64,000 nucleotides of DNA, from positions 24,714 through 88,713 of the forward strand of contig CAYNIW010000001.1 of NCBI GenBank assembly GCA_964397545.1, given 5' to 3'. Both the position numbers and the translations under genes were made by a program. Numbering within the stretch: position 1 is the stretch's first letter; the number at the start of each line of letters is the position of its first letter. Origin of the DNA: an uncultured Desulfuromonadaceae bacterium. Its GTDB lineage: Bacteria > SDB-A. The notes below the pieces were generated by a model. That model searched no databases. It was not told the origin of the DNA and was given only the letters and a program-made list of their open reading frames with translations. Shown here piece by piece: positions 10,301 through 23,347 of the stretch.

Positions 10301-13038
10301 AGAACGCCGTTTCGGTTTCTGTCTTCAGTGTTCAATAAACCGTTCCAGCCCCCGATAGAGTCGTTGACGCCCGTTCTTCTCGCAACATCTTCTGTAATAT
10401 TGTATCCCAGGTCAATATTTACGTTTCCTCTTTCGCCGTAAACCCAGACTTCAAGATACCTGAACTGAGTAAGGTCAGCTCCAGTTTTTGAAATGCACTG
10501 CTGGACTGAGACATAGGATGAAGGCGATCCGTTTCTCGGTTCGATGACGAGGCTGAGGACCTGAATGTTGTCGTTTCTCTCCTGCTCGGGAAGATTCGGG
10601 TAAAGGTTGCCTTTTGTGAACCAGTCGTTGGGGCTGTACCAATATACCCGGCCGAGGTCCGAAGTATCTTTATAGACGGGAGAACTGCCGATAATATCGT
10701 CGGGGACACTTCCGAAGTGCCAATTCGCTCTGCTGACGCCGAGGTTCAGAGACATTTTGTTTCCATCCATGTCGTCGAGATAGACAAATCCCTTTGTGTT
10801 CGGATTCGGCATAGAGACGGCTACGGCTCCCCTGATTGTCAGAAGAGACGGGGCGGTTGTGCTAATCAAAGGCAGAATGTCCACAGCTTTAGTCATTATT
10901 GAAGGCCTGAAAGTCATGTTAGCGTCAATAGTAGCCATTGTAATATTTCTCGGTTCATTTCCGAGTTGTGGATGTTCTTCTTTTGTGCTGATACTGCGAT
11001 ACATTGCAGTAGCGCCGATGTTAATCGCCGGCGACACGTTGTAATTGAATCTCACACCGAGAAGGGATTTGTCCGCCAAGCTTATAAAAGGCGCGTATTG
11101 AAAATCAATATTTACTACGGCATTTACGTCGTTGACTTTGTCCGTTATGAAAGTGATTATTCCGATGTCGTAGTCAATAGTATAGTCAATATTGCGGACA
11201 AGTCTTTCTCCGTTTACTGTTACGACTTCGGATCCTTCGAGGATGTTCATCGCTCCGAGAGAGAAAACAGACCTGACACCTTTGTAAGAGAGGACGAGTT
11301 TGTATTTTCTACCGACGTTTGTCGAAGTCGTATCGTAGATTATGGAGTCCGGATCGAGAAGGACAGTGCTGGAGAAAGGGAACTGCAGTGTATCTGGAAA
11401 TGATATGAATCCTCTGTCGTAATCTACATATCCGTCGTCTATGTATCCATTGTCGTCATCATCTAGCCCAAGCAGTCTCAGGTAAGTGGTCCCTCCCTGT
11501 GTTTCTTCATCTGTTCCGGAACCCGTATTGTGTTTGTATATTTTAAGCTCAAAACTGCCGGGAACGACTGCCGTCGATCTGAGAGAGTACCTGTTTCTTA
11601 TCTGAAGATCCCAAGTCGGGTAATATGTCCTTTCGACTAAAGGCTTGAGGACTTTTATATCTATCGTCTGGGAAGTGTCATAGACGTCCTGAACAGTTCC
11701 AACCGTGTCCACCCGTATTACCTGCCCCCCCGGAGCATTTCTTCTGTTTATGACGTAGCAAACACCGAGTGCGTTATTTTCATTGAGAGGGATCCTGAGT
11801 TCGAGGACTTTGCTCTGGTAGTTGAATATGAAAAAGTTGTTTGTTCCCGCTTCCTGAGGGTCGAAATAACCCAGGGGCAGAACGGTGTCAGGGTAAGGGG
11901 AGGCAGTATAGAAGCGAAGTCTTCCCTTAATCGCCCCGGTGAGGGCGTTGTTTGTTCCGTTGTTGTCGTCAACCCATACAATCAGTTTTGTTATCGTATC
12001 GTATGGATTGATGTCGCCGATGGAATCGCCCGGCAAACCTAGTCTGAAATACTGTCGTCTTATGTAATCGGTGTCCCAGAGGACTAAAGTATCTACTGTC
12101 GCTCTGCCCACGAAAGTTCTGCGTTCTGATTTGCCCTCTTCTTTTGAAGCAATTGCAATGATATTTATCCCTGCTATCTGCATTTCTGATTTTATTCCGA
12201 AAAGGCCCATCTGTATTGGAGGCATTCCGATAAGTTCCGTCCCAGGAAGAGAGAGCTGAGTGTGTCCCATTTCTATCAGGTGGATGATTTCATCCTGTTC
12301 TCCCATATATTGAAGCCTTATCTTGTTTTTCAGGTCTGCCTGAGCTTCGCTGTTGTGATCGACGAAGACGTTGATTTTCTCCCCTATCGTCCCCTGAAGG
12401 TTTACATTGAGCTGTTGCTTCATCTCGAGCTCGGGAAGAAAGTCATTTTGGCTGTATTCTGTCTGAATCGCATTCAGGTCAGTTGACTGACTCCCTCCGA
12501 ACTGAATTCGCTGTGACCCGCTGATTTTCAGATTTCCGCCTTGGCCTATAAAGCCGGCAATAGCCCTGGGCATTCTGATAGGCAGTTCAATGTCGGGTAT
12601 CAGACCCTGATTTGAAAGGGTCTGCTGCTGTTGAAGGTAGGAAACAGTGTAGCTTGCGAGTTTATCCTTCAAAGTAGTAGTGTATGCGTAAGATTTATAG
12701 TCTTCTACCGACTTGATGTCTTGTGTCCACAGGACGAGAGAGTCGAAATATGCTTCTTCTATTAGAATACCCCTGTCGGGAAGAATAGTCTGTCTGAATT
12801 TAAGTTTTGAAAAGTTTCTGAACAGATAATCTCTCATCATATTTTCTATAGGGGAATGAAAACCGGTTTCCTGAGCGACTAAAACCGAATTGAGCCCCGC
12901 GGTGAACAGGACAGCTCGGAGTATAAAGATCAGAAAAATAAATCTATGAGCTTTTTTCAATATTTTTTTTTTTGCAGTCAATAGCTGAAAATAGCTTATT
13001 AAATACGGTTTTATAATTTTCATTGAAACCAAAACCAA
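7372..13038 (-). CDS. sprA: Giant outer-membrane beta-barrel protein, SprA-like (candidate T9SS translocon)
   Basis: 1888 aa; signal-peptide-like N-terminus; Y/N/T/S/G-rich strand-like sequence throughout; Asp-rich calcium-binding-like stretches; terminal aromatic residue (...WAEFRF); a T9SS C-terminal-domain cargo is present elsewhere in the window. Start could also be the in-frame Met at 13023. Confidence 0.5.
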   Translation of the reverse strand: MVLVSMKIIKPYLISYFQLLTAKKKILKKAHRFIFLIFILRAVLFTAGLNSVLVAQETGFHSPIENMMRDYLFRNFSKLKFRQTILPDRGILIEEAYFDSLVLWTQDIKSVEDYKSYAYTTTLKDKLASYTVSYLQQQQTLSNQGLIPDIELPIRMPRAIAGFIGQGGNLKISGSQRIQFGGSQSTDLNAIQTEYSQNDFLPELEMKQQLNVNLQGTIGEKINVFVDHNSEAQADLKNKIRLQYMGEQDEIIHLIEMGHTQLSLPGTELIGMPPIQMGLFGIKSEMQIAGINIIAIASKEEGKSERRTFVGRATVDTLVLWDTDYIRRQYFRLGLPGDSIGDINPYDTITKLIVWVDDNNGTNNALTGAIKGRLRFYTASPYPDTVLPLGYFDPQEAGTNNFFIFNYQSKVLELRIPLNENNALGVCYVINRRNAPGGQVIRVDTVGTVQDVYDTSQTIDIKVLKPLVERTYYPTWDLQIRNRYSLRSTAVVPGSFELKIYKHNTGSGTDEETQGGTTYLRLLGLDDDDNGYIDDGYVDYDRGFISFPDTLQFPFSSTVLLDPDSIIYDTTSTNVGRKYKLVLSYKGVRSVFSLGAMNILEGSEVVTVNGERLVRNIDYTIDYDIGIITFITDKVNDVNAVVNIDFQYAPFISLADKSLLGVRFNYNVSPAINIGATAMYRSISTKEEHPQLGNEPRNITMATIDANMTFRPSIMTKAVDILPLISTTAPSLLTIRGAVAVSMPNPNTKGFVYLDDMDGNKMSLNLGVSRANWHFGSVPDDIIGSSPVYKDTSDLGRVYWYSPNDWFTKGNLYPNLPEQERNDNIQVLSLVIEPRNGSPSSYVSVQQCISKTGADLTQFRYLEVWVYGERGNVNIDLGYNITEDVARRTGVNDSIGGWNGLLNTEDRNRNGVLDIGEDVGLDGVAGKDADRIPGDEWNDDYPDDVNQSTYRQLKGTENNKILDTEDLNGDGILNMSRDFVEYSFSVDDTLFLDIDRGNGWRLFKIPLHDSGVGTYVGSPDWERVRYARIWIDGFTGTDSVVFGGISVSGNRWKRNDIYSADSTAIPIPEEFFEVTTRNNYDDPGYYPPFDPGRDNYGNTKREQSLAFVLRNIGYRRTASCYYSTVMADNYNNYRKMLLYVHGDGQDGYFSIKFGGDTLSYYEYRTPIPNGWQELSIEFDKFIDLKKTVEGDTTGTWNSGNYYITTYGANKPSLTKINRTTLSVVNENQTMGLDGEIWMNDLRLVSPYRERGLATNINVGMTFGDVLSVNLAGYKVDADYQRITEERGSGSTALNYSGNATFQGGKIFPSRWMLSFPLTASYSKTNSYPKFYPGSDIRLNPEESREQSSSSETRHFSFSLSKSGKSLNTLVSLMIDHSRFNYSWSNNNNITYNRADSNWVKTATYTWSHNPTVKPLRFAGQEIGTFLNIISFTSTYSYTKVTSHLIPDTSGQLLASLLQRNLNTTLTLGYNLLKPMSFTYSLTQNRDLEISDYMLGRQIIKSQRVTARYSPLPLSFIRPTVTFETNYTEDTRPELRMPYDTADIYNVSNTNTLSFNTTVSFVQPFEFIGKIRDESKDSLSSPGSPQWFLMNFGKFGRNLSPLNLTVSRTRTTRLYRLTSLPDWRYQLGFLENVDPEETGKYVSPNDYFGWLYSFSGNSGLNFTNLTAGVHFNWSRNFGGNVGNMTYTETTVWPRLTVSLLNIQKFMKLDAIENSTISTGFTTTRSKSGPENQEPTRTTLALDMSPLVSFQVRWKKGFLTNFSTTRSQTDIDNLGVIKTYLRQLNNSYSATVSYSFSAPGGLPFFGRTLRFNSLMTFSLAYNYSTAKEMYRTSGEIVSFRSNYSVAPTASYNFSQNVTGGMNGIYTINEDRQTGRKIRNVGLNIWAEFRF

Positions 13039-13870
13039 GCGCTTTCCTGTTGCATGCTTTCACGCATTCACCGCATAGAAAGCAATTTCCGGAAGTAACA
13101 GCTTTTTCAATAGGCAGTTCGATGGGACATGCTTTTTCACAGAGCCCGCAAGACGTGCAAGCCTCCTTATTAATCCGGACTCTTATTAAACTGAACCTGC
13201 CGAAAAAAGAAAATACAGCGCCGACCGGACACGCCAGTCTGCAAAACGGCCTTTTCGAATAAATAGAAAAAACGAGAAAGGCGAGCAGAATCGAAAGCTT
13301 AAGGGAAAACATGGATTGGGCCAGATCCCTCAGCGACCCGGAGGCGGTTCCGAAAGCAATAAGAGGTATTCCCGCTTCGAAAGAACCCACAGGGCAAAGT
13401 TTACAAAACCACGGCTCTCCTGTGACGGAAGGCAGGAAAACAATCATTGAAAAAAAAACAAGATATTTAACGTTGGTGACAGGGTGAGGAATTTTTATCT
13501 TTAGAGTTTTAATCCGGTTGAGAAGCGCCTGGACAAGTCCGAAAGGGCAAAGCCAGCCGCAGACGAGTTTGCCTAATAAAAGTGAAATCGAGATAAGAAA
13601 ACCGAAAGCAAAGCGAGGAACAACCGTCGCTCCAGCGAGATGCCTGTATGTGAAAATGTGCTGTGTTACTCCTACAGGACAGGAAAATGTCGCCGAAGGA
13701 CAACTGTGGCAGTTGATGAAAGGAGTACAAAATCGCTTGGCTGAGCCCGTGTAAATTCCCTGGCTGAATCCTTTTAAGTAGCTGTTGAAAACGAAAAAAG
13801 AAAGCCCTCCGAAAAGAAAACGAATTTTTAAGAGAATTCTCATCATTCTATTCCTATGCATGAAAGACAT
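12944..13870 (-). CDS. 4Fe-4S binding membrane protein (NapH/MauN-like polyferredoxin)
   Basis: Repeated CPFG/CPVG membrane motifs and two CxxCxxCxxxCP ferredoxin motifs (CTSCGLCEKACP, CFLCGECVKACN). Its 3' end overlaps the annotated sprA-like start by about 90 nt. Confidence 0.65.
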   Translation of the reverse strand: MSFMHRNRMMRILLKIRFLFGGLSFFVFNSYLKGFSQGIYTGSAKRFCTPFINCHSCPSATFSCPVGVTQHIFTYRHLAGATVVPRFAFGFLISISLLLGKLVCGWLCPFGLVQALLNRIKTLKIKIPHPVTNVKYLVFFSMIVFLPSVTGEPWFCKLCPVGSFEAGIPLIAFGTASGSLRDLAQSMFSLKLSILLAFLVFSIYSKRPFCRLACPVGAVFSFFGRFSLIRVRINKEACTSCGLCEKACPIELPIEKAVTSGNCFLCGECVKACNRKALGFGFNENYKTVFNKLFSAIDCKKKNIEKSS

Positions 13871-14183
13871 ATACGCGAGGCATAGGATTTATATTCGGAA
13901 AGCTCGGAGGTGATTATTGATTTACTCGAATGAGAAGACCCCGATAAAAGCAGTTTAATAGAAATAATCAGCAGATAAATAAACATCAAAAGCTTAAGAT
14001 ATGCGAGTTTTTTGTTTCGGGAAAAACAGAGGATTATTAAAAACGAGGCTAGGACAAAAATGGGGTATAAAACGAAAGAAGGGACGTTGAAAGGAAAGAT
14101 TATTTTTGAAAAAACATCTAAAAAATGGACAAAGTAATCGAGTATATTCATAAAAAAAAGACTTCTCTATGTGAGGGTTACTT

Positions 14184-14375
14184 TCAATCCTTTGACTTTT
14201 TTTTGAAAAAAGGGAAAGCAGCGAAAATTAAAACGCCGATTGCCAGCAAAATCCAGAAAGCTTCCAGATTTGTTCCCCGGATTACGAACCTGGACCCCGT
14301 GAAAACAGTGACCAGTTTCAGAGCAATACCGGCGGTAAAAATCACCGCCCCAGTTATCAAATCGCCTTTTTTCAT
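14184..14375 (-). CDS. Small hypothetical membrane protein (two predicted TM helices)
   Basis: 63-aa ORF with two hydrophobic helices and a lysine-rich tail; no homology recognised. Confidence 0.3.
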   Translation of the reverse strand: MKKGDLITGAVIFTAGIALKLVTVFTGSRFVIRGTNLEAFWILLAIGVLIFAAFPFFKKKSKD

Positions 14376-14516
14376 AACTTCAAGAATTGTTCCTCGTTAA
14401 AAAACAAAAATTCTTGCAAAACAATCAGAAAACATATACACTCAGGGCGGCTTAAAGTCAACATAAAATCACTTTTGATGCGGATTCGGCGCGTTTGTTT
14501 GTCTTATGGTTTATTC

Positions 14517-14544
14517 TTGACACTTGTATGCTGTATGGTAAAAT
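14517..14544 (+). promoter_or_regulatory. Sigma70-like promoter upstream of secD (-35 ttgaca, 16-nt spacer, -10 taaaat)
   Basis: Consensus -35 at 14517-14522 and near-consensus -10 at 14539-14544, about 60 nt upstream of the secD start; GGAGGGAGG ribosome-binding site follows. Confidence 0.45.
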
Positions 14545-14604
14545 GTCGGCTTTATCATTAGATCTAAATCCAAATAAATGCCGAAGGAGGGAGGACCCCT
14601 TATT

Positions 14605-16125
14605 ATGAAGAAAAATCAGTTGTGGAAGCTAATTATCATTACGGCGGCAATAGGCATATCTCTTTTTCAGCTGTCTTTCTCTTACAGATATTACAGTCTG
14701 CCGAGAGAACAGAGGTATCTGCCTGAAAACGCCTCGCTTAGGATGAGATCAGTTAAGCTCGGACTGGATCTCGAGGGAGGGTCTCATTTTCTTCTCGCTG
14801 TTGATACGACAGGAGAAGGAGGCCCTGATATGGTAAATCAGGTCGTTGAAATACTGAGGAGCCGCGTAGATAAATACGGAGTGAGCGAACCTATAATTGA
14901 AGTCCAGGGAAAAAACAATATAGTTATTGAACTGCCCGGGGAGATGGATCCGACTATAGCGAAAAAACTAATCGGAACAACTGCAACTCTCGACTTTCGC
15001 GTCGTGAAGAGGACAGAGGAACTCAGAAGCGTCATAGACCGGATAGACAGGGAAAATGAAGGAAGATTTTCAGCGCTTCTCAAAACATTTCCCGGCGGTT
15101 ACAGCGTTATATGCCGGGCCGACGACTGGAAGATGCTCGATTCAATGGTTGTCTCCGCGAGGGAGAAAGGGATAGCCGACTCGGCTTCCGGCAGGATACT
15201 CCTCTGGAGCGTCGTCGAAGAAGGCAAAGACCACGGAATACCGGACTACAGGGAACTGCTTCTTGTCAGCTCAGTGCCTGAAATACTCGGAGCTTCTATA
15301 GTCTCGGCGAGAGCCGCTCTCGGAACGAGCAACAGCCAGACTGAACCGAGGGTGGACCTTGAAATAGGCGGAATGGCAAGGGCTGACTGGGCGAGGGTGA
15401 CTTCTGATAATATCGGAAACAGAATAGCAATAGTCCTCGACAGTGAGGTTTTTTCCGCTCCCGTCGTCAACAGTGCCTCTACAACGGGTAAATCGACGAT
15501 AACATTGGGGCGCGGAACTTTAGACGACGCAAAAGCGCTGGCTTCAGTTCTGCAGGCAGGAAGAATGCCGGCGAGGGCGGATATAGAGGAGAGCTTCGTT
15601 ATCGGTCCAAGCCTTGGGGCGGATTCGATTAGAACGGGCATCAAGAGCCTTTTGATAGCCGCCGCTGTGATAATGCTCGTTATGCTCATATATTACAGGC
15701 TCAGCGGTCTTGTCGCTGATTTCGCTTTGGTCCTGAACATGCTGTTTTTGCTCGCCATTCTCTCGGCTTTCAACCTCACTCTTACTCTTCCCGGCATAGC
15801 GGGTCTTGTTCTTGTAATCGGGACGGCGGTTGACGCGAATGTTTTAATTTTCGAGAGAATAAGGGAGGAACTTGCTCAGAACAAGTCCGTTAAAAAAGCC
15901 GTCGATACGGGTTTTTCGAAAGCTTTTATAACGATTCTTGACGCTAACGTGACAACCCTGCTTTCTGCTCTAATCCTCTGGTGGTTCGGAAAAGGTCCGA
16001 TCAGAGGATTTGCAGTAACTCTCAGCGTGGGGTTAATCGCTAACGTCTTCACTGCCGTTTTTATCAGCCGTTTTGTTTTCGACAATTTGCTGACAAAGGC
16101 GAACTCACAGAAGCTGAGCATATAG
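14605..16125 (+). CDS. secD: Protein translocase subunit SecD
   Basis: N-terminal TM helix, large periplasmic domain and C-terminal 6-TM bundle typical of SecD; start chosen at MKKNQ (14605), downstream of the RBS, rather than the first ATG at 14578. Confidence 0.85.
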   Translation: MKKNQLWKLIIITAAIGISLFQLSFSYRYYSLPREQRYLPENASLRMRSVKLGLDLEGGSHFLLAVDTTGEGGPDMVNQVVEILRSRVDKYGVSEPIIEVQGKNNIVIELPGEMDPTIAKKLIGTTATLDFRVVKRTEELRSVIDRIDRENEGRFSALLKTFPGGYSVICRADDWKMLDSMVVSAREKGIADSASGRILLWSVVEEGKDHGIPDYRELLLVSSVPEILGASIVSARAALGTSNSQTEPRVDLEIGGMARADWARVTSDNIGNRIAIVLDSEVFSAPVVNSASTTGKSTITLGRGTLDDAKALASVLQAGRMPARADIEESFVIGPSLGADSIRTGIKSLLIAAAVIMLVMLIYYRLSGLVADFALVLNMLFLLAILSAFNLTLTLPGIAGLVLVIGTAVDANVLIFERIREELAQNKSVKKAVDTGFSKAFITILDANVTTLLSALILWWFGKGPIRGFAVTLSVGLIANVFTAVFISRFVFDNLLTKANSQKLSI

Positions 16126-16138
16126 GAGGATGGTGGCG

Positions 16139-19942
<3,804 letters not shown>

Positions 19943-20021
19943 TTTGCAGGAATAATTTATTAAAATATAAAATCGTATTTTTTTGCCTATAATTTGAATA
20001 AGAAGAAAAGCGGGAGGAATA

Positions 20022-21218
20022 ATGAAAGTCCTTGTGATAAACAGCGGCAGTTCATCAATTAAGTATCAACTCATAGAAACGGAGGATGAAAACTGCCTCG
20101 CGTCGGGACTTATAGAAAGGATTTCTCTCCCAGTCGGTATTATCTCTCATAAAAAACACGGAGAGCTGTCTCACAAAGAGGAGACTCCCGTGAAAGACCA
20201 TCAGGCGGGTCTCGACATGATGCTGAAACTGCTTCTTCACGAAAAGCACGGCGTTATAAAATCTTACAGGGAAATTGACGCCATAGGACACAGAGTAGTC
20301 CACGGAGGAGAGAAATTCACTCACTCTGTTAAAATTGACGACAAAGTCATGGAAGCACTTGAAGGATCCACATATCTGGCGCCCCTGCACAACCCGGCGA
20401 ATATATTAGGAATAAAAGCCGCAAGGCACCTTTTGCCTGACATACCCAATATAGCTGTATTTGACACGGCTTTTCATCAGACAATGCCGAAGGTCGCTTA
20501 TATCTACGCGCTCCCCTATGAATTTTACGAGAAAAGGGGGATTAGAAAATACGGATTTCACGGAACAAGCCATCAGTATGTCGCCATCAAAGCCGCTGAA
20601 ACCCTTAATATCCCATACGATAAAATTTGCGCGATAACATGCCATCTCGGCAACGGATGCAGTATAGCGGCTGTGAAAGACGGTAAAAGCGTTGACACAA
20701 GCCTCGGTTACGGGACTATGTGCGGACTGGTCATGGGAACCAGAGCGGGGGATATTGATCCTGCCATAATAGTTTCAATGGTTGAAGAGCTTAAACTTAC
20801 GCCTTCTGAAATAAAAACCATCTTATACAAACAGAGCGGCCTGCTGGGTCTTTCAGGAGTGTCAAGCGACATGAGAGACATAGAAAAAGAAGAAGAAAAA
20901 AACAACGAAAGGGCGAAAATTGCTCTCGATATTTTTGCCGACAGAGTGAGGAAATACATAGGCGCTTACGCCGTAACTCTCGGAAAAGTCGACGCTATAG
21001 TCTTCACAGCCGGGATAGGCGAGAACGGATGGGAAATCAGGGAAAGAATTTGCCGCGGGCTTGAAGCGATGGGAGCTCATCTCGACATAGAAAAAAACAA
21101 AATCAGAGGTAAACTGGCGGTCGTTTCACAAGACGAAAGCCCCGTAAAGATATTATCAATTCCCACGAACGAAGAAATGATGATAGCGAAAGAGACGGTA
21201 AAAATCCTGTCTGAATAG
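20022..21218 (+). CDS. ackA: Acetate kinase
   Basis: MKVLVINSGSSSIKYQL N-terminus and conserved AckA motifs throughout. Confidence 0.9.
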   Translation: MKVLVINSGSSSIKYQLIETEDENCLASGLIERISLPVGIISHKKHGELSHKEETPVKDHQAGLDMMLKLLLHEKHGVIKSYREIDAIGHRVVHGGEKFTHSVKIDDKVMEALEGSTYLAPLHNPANILGIKAARHLLPDIPNIAVFDTAFHQTMPKVAYIYALPYEFYEKRGIRKYGFHGTSHQYVAIKAAETLNIPYDKICAITCHLGNGCSIAAVKDGKSVDTSLGYGTMCGLVMGTRAGDIDPAIIVSMVEELKLTPSEIKTILYKQSGLLGLSGVSSDMRDIEKEEEKNNERAKIALDIFADRVRKYIGAYAVTLGKVDAIVFTAGIGENGWEIRERICRGLEAMGAHLDIEKNKIRGKLAVVSQDESPVKILSIPTNEEMMIAKETVKILSE

Positions 21219-21222
21219 TGAG

Positions 21223-21810
21223 TCATCCCGACGGAGGGGGATCCTCCGATTCTTCTTTTTTTTCGCGTTTTCTCTTTCTTCTTCTTATCTGAAAGAAAAA
21301 ACCTGCCAGTGAGGCGGCTAAAGCCGCAGAAGCTGATATTTTAATATCCAGGGAATGTTTTGCAAGAAGCGTGAATCCAAGAAACAATAAAACGGCTCCG
21401 GCAAGTGACAGCCAAGCGGATAGCATAAACCTTCTGAAAACAACCGTTAATATTCCTGCTATCAGGGATATTGAAACAGAAACCGAGGGATGGATCTTCA
21501 GAAAAATAGCTAAAAAAGCGAAAGGAAAAAGACAGCCGATAAAGAAAATGGCGATTGTCCTGTATAGGAAAAACGTGACGGAGAAAACACAAGCTCCTGT
21601 AAATGATGCAATAATTATCAAGACATAATTCTGGGAGAAATTGACACCCGCCATTCCTCCGAAAAAAAAGCCGGATAAAAGACCGGTGAAAAACAAAAAA
21701 TATTTGAATATTTTGTTGCCGAAAAAAGACGTGACAATTCCAAAAAAACTTAAAACTATGCCTGTCAGAAGAGAATAAGAAGTCAAAAAGGGCTTTAGGT
21801 ATTCAAGCAT
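21223..21810 (-). CDS. Hypothetical integral membrane protein with a basic/acidic C-terminal tail
   Basis: Multiple hydrophobic helices; RRRKRKREKKEESED tail; no recognised domain. Confidence 0.4.
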   Translation of the reverse strand: MLEYLKPFLTSYSLLTGIVLSFFGIVTSFFGNKIFKYFLFFTGLLSGFFFGGMAGVNFSQNYVLIIIASFTGACVFSVTFFLYRTIAIFFIGCLFPFAFLAIFLKIHPSVSVSISLIAGILTVVFRRFMLSAWLSLAGAVLLFLGFTLLAKHSLDIKISASAALAASLAGFFFQIRRRKRKREKKEESEDPPPSG

Positions 21811-22351
21811 TCAGGACTATCCGGACTGCTTCGCTGATATCTTTTGCGGTTAAGAAGGCTTTTTTCGGGACATTTGATTGGGATAAAACGTCTTTTCCGT
21901 ATCCGGTCATGACGAGTATGAAACGAATTTCTGTCTTGACGGAAAGCATCAGGTCGGAATAATCATCACCGATTATCCATGAACGGGAAAGATCTATTCC
22001 TAAAAGCGCGCAAGCTGAATCTATCATGCCTCTTTCGGGTTTTCTGAAACCCGAATGGTGAGCAGGAGCGGAGGGGTCGTAGAAAATACCGTCGAGTCTT
22101 GCCGGATATAGTAAATCCTCCATTTTACTGGACACAAGAAAAAGTTCTCTGAAGGAAAAATATCCTCTTCCTATACCGGACTGATTGCTGATTATCACAG
22201 TTAAAAATCCTGCTTCGTTCAATTTCATAACAGAGTCGCGGGCGCCTTCAATAAGCTCTGTCTGGGAGGGATCCCTGAGATAGGGAACCGGTTTTAATAT
22301 TGTGCCGTCTCTGTCGAGAAATACAGCGGGTTTTGTGTCTTTATTTATCAT
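21803..22351 (-). CDS. gmhB: D-glycero-D-manno-heptose 1,7-bisphosphate phosphatase (HAD family)
   Basis: FLDRDGT HAD motif I; about 180 aa; sits next to heptosyltransferases. Confidence 0.7.
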   Translation of the reverse strand: MINKDTKPAVFLDRDGTILKPVPYLRDPSQTELIEGARDSVMKLNEAGFLTVIISNQSGIGRGYFSFRELFLVSSKMEDLLYPARLDGIFYDPSAPAHHSGFRKPERGMIDSACALLGIDLSRSWIIGDDYSDLMLSVKTEIRFILVMTGYGKDVLSQSNVPKKAFLTAKDISEAVRIVLNA

Positions 22352-22369
22352 GCTGAAATTTTAAGCTTT

Positions 22370-23347
22370 TTAAACCGATACTTCAAGATTTACTATATCC
22401 ATTACGGCTTTATAGACTTCATCTACCGATATGATTTTCATGCATTCGGTGTCTTTTTTAGGGCATTTTTTTTCGAAACACGGACTGCAGGGCAGGTCTT
22501 TGAAAATTACGACGCTCCTGCCGCCTCCCCAGGGAGATGTCCATACCGGCGAGCTTGAGCCGAAAAGGGAGACTGTGCTCACGCCGAGAGAGGAGGCAAG
22601 GTGCATGCTACCTGTGTCTCCCGATATCAGAACGGATGCTTTAGAAAGGATAAATGGCAGGTCTTTTAAGTCTGTTCTTGATGACAAATTGACGACTCCT
22701 TGACAAAGGTTTTCCCATCCCGACAGATTCCTGACTCCTATGAGGACGACTTTTTTTGTATTTTTTATCTTTTGAATTAACTCCATCCATTTTCGATCTT
22801 CCCACATCTTTGTTTCTCCGTAAGCGGCGCCGGGGTCAATCGCGACGAAACCTTTCAATGGTTCAAAAATTTTTGCCGTTTTCTCCGTTGGTTTTGGAAT
22901 CCAGAAAGAAATCATACCGGGAGGAGGAGACGAGAGGTGCTTTTGGAATAATCTGAAGTAGTTGTATCTGAAGTGTTCCTTTTTGTGGTCTTTGAGCTTA
23001 TATTTTTTTGTCAGGAGAAAACCCCTCGAGTCGCTGGAGTAACCTATCCTCTCTTTTATTCCAGCCAAAAAGACAAGAAGGGCGGATGAAAAAGACTTAG
23101 GCAATATATAGCATTGATCCGGAGATTCCTTTTTTAATGAAGAAACCGCCCTGAAAAATCCGCAAAAATTTTTGTTTACCGAAATGAATGAATCTGAACC
23201 GGGAAAATCTTTGAAAAGCCCTTCGAGCGATTTTCTGCCTATCAGTATTACAGAAGCATTGATGTTTTCATTCTTAATCCAGCTGATAACAGAAGAAGTT
23301 ACAACCGCGTCTCCCAGATGATTAGGAAGATATATGGCTATTTTCAA
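22370..23347 (-). CDS. Glycosyltransferase family 9 (LPS heptosyltransferase, WaaF/WaaC-like)
   Basis: N-terminal LGDAVVTSS and C-terminal GDTGSMHLA motifs typical of GT9 heptosyltransferases. Confidence 0.75.
   Translation of the reverse strand: MKIAIYLPNHLGDAVVTSSVISWIKNENINASVILIGRKSLEGLFKDFPGSDSFISVNKNFCGFFRAVSSLKKESPDQCYILPKSFSSALLVFLAGIKERIGYSSDSRGFLLTKKYKLKDHKKEHFRYNYFRLFQKHLSSPPPGMISFWIPKPTEKTAKIFEPLKGFVAIDPGAAYGETKMWEDRKWMELIQKIKNTKKVVLIGVRNLSGWENLCQGVVNLSSRTDLKDLPFILSKASVLISGDTGSMHLASSLGVSTVSLFGSSSPVWTSPWGGGRSVVIFKDLPCSPCFEKKCPKKDTECMKIISVDEVYKAVMDIVNLEVSV

Noticed and set aside
8710-12486. Numerous 60-145 aa ORFs on the plus strand inside the sprA-like gene
   Set aside because: All lie antisense within one continuous 1888-aa reading frame and lack recognisable motifs.
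12944-13038. Frameshift or pseudogene explanation for the ferredoxin/sprA-like overlap
   Set aside because: Both reading frames are intact and each has a plausible N-terminus; the overlap is more simply explained by start-codon choice.
13843-14151. 102-aa minus-strand ORF upstream of the ferredoxin gene
   Set aside because: Overlaps the ferredoxin start, is extremely Ile/Leu/Phe-rich in an AT-rich spacer and has no RBS I could identify; kept out of the feature list as probably non-coding.
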